In this document: in pieces, positions 62,895-64,000 of the stretch
Position numbering within the stretch: the stretch's first letter is position 1
Layout of the letters: every line of letters begins with the position of its first letter
Source of the DNA: Macrostomum lignano
Taxonomy: Eukaryota
DNA: 64,000 nucleotides
Reading direction: 5' to 3'
Assembly: GCA_002269645.1 (NCBI GenBank)
Contig: NIVC01003044.1
Span: 1 to 64,000 of the forward strand
Program-made: the position numbers and the translations under genes
Notes under the pieces: generated by a model
The model's database searches: none
The model's input: the letters and a program-made list of their open reading frames with translations, nothing else
Told to the model about the DNA's origin: nothing

Positions 62895-63860
62895 GGCTGA
62901 CATTGAGTGTCATGATATTGGGTTTCTGAGAGTGCCATTGAGTGCCAGAGTGACATTGAGTGTGATGGAGGAATATTGGGTTTTTGAGAGTGTCAGAGAG
63001 TGACATTGAGTGTCAGAGAGTGACATTGAGTGTCAGAGAGTGACATTGAGTGTCAGAGAGTGACATTCAGTGTCAGAGTGACATTGAGTGTCAGAGAGTG
63101 ACACTCAGTGTCAGAGAGTGACACTCAGTGTCAGAGAGTGACATTCAGTGTCAGAGAGTGACATTCAGTGTCAGAGAGTGACATTGAGTGTCAGAGAGTG
63201 ACATTCAGTGTCAGAGAGTGACATTCAGTGTCAGAGAGTGACATTCAGTGTCAGAGAGTGACATTCAGTGTCAGAGAGTGATATTGAGTGTTAGAGAGTG
63301 ATATTGAGTGTCAGAAAGTGATATTGAGTGTCAGAGAGTGACATTCAGTGTCAGAGAGTGACATTGAGTGTCAGAGAGTGACATTCAGTGTCAGAGAGTG
63401 ACATTGAGTGTCAGAGAGTGACATTGAGTGTCAGAAAGTGATATTGAGTGTCAGAGAGTGACATTCAGTGTCAGAGAGTGACATTGAGTGTCAGAGAGTG
63501 ATATTCAGTGTCAGAGAGTGACATTCAGTGTCAGAGAGTGATATTGAGTGTCAGAGAGTGACATTCAGTGTCAGAGAGTGACATTCAGTGTCAGAGTGAC
63601 ATTGAGTGTCAGAGAGTGACACTCAGTGTCAGAGAGTGACATTCAGCGTCAGAGAGTGACATTCAGTGTCAGAGAGTGACATTCAGTGTCAGAGAGTGAC
63701 ATTCAGTGTCAGAGAGTGACATTCAGTGTCAGAGAGTGACATTCAGTGTTAGAGAGTGATATTGAGTGCCAGAAAGTGATATTGAGTGTCAGAGAGTGAC
63801 ATTGAGTGTCAGAGAGTGACATTCAGTGTCAGAGAGTGACATTGAGTGTCAAAGAGCGAT
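62895..63860. repeat. 20-bp (GTGACATTGAGTGTCAGAGA)n
   Basis: Direct reading; begins immediately after the candidate microexon donor. Confidence 0.96.
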
Positions 63861-63974
63861 ATTATGTGTCAGTTTTACGACTTTAGATGTCAACTGACAA
63901 TGTTCGACGTCAGAGATGCAAATTAAATAGCTGTTCTGAGGGCTCGTCTATTATTTTTCTCTTTCTTTATCTAG

Positions 63975-64000
63975 ACACAAGTCCGTATCGTTGTGCCTTT
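63975..64000 (+). CDS. Candidate further RhoGAP exon truncated by the window end (DTSPYRCAF...)
   Basis: Long pyrimidine tract TTATTTTTCTCTTTCTTTATCTAG followed by a phase-1 open frame to the end of the window. Confidence 0.45.

Overview
Eukaryotic, intron-rich animal genomic DNA with no prokaryotic features. GC-rich exons carry poly-Ala/Gln/Gly runs and nearly every intron holds a different minisatellite. This style suggests a flatworm such as Macrostomum, which is an inference I cannot confirm. Three protein-coding genes were reconstructed by hand with phase-consistent GT-AG junctions: (1) an L1/neuroglian-family adhesion molecule (+, 23056-31219; 6 Ig + 5 FnIII + TM, about 1402 aa) whose predicted tail lacks the FIGQY motif; (2) PAN3 (-, 41290-34240, about 652 aa); (3) a BAR+RhoGAP gene of the RICH/ARHGAP17/44/SH3BP1 family (+, from 52276, probably running past the window end, with a candidate 27-nt microexon). 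The first 23 kb show no recognisable coding sequence and are dominated by about 15 unrelated tandem repeats. The 11 kb between the divergent PAN3 and RhoGAP genes holds nested non-autonomous transposons: a 276-bp MITE and a 1246-bp TIR element (both with 8-bp TSDs), a Helitron-like end, and a C>T/G>A-decayed inverted MITE copy. Two tRNA-derived CORE-like SINE copies and a 60-bp-arm hairpin MITE are also present. The most unusual pattern is that several intronic arrays consist of tandem copies of splice-site-like sequence, including an array of CAG|GT recursive-splice-like motifs. Most ORF-track entries are artefacts of the repeats.
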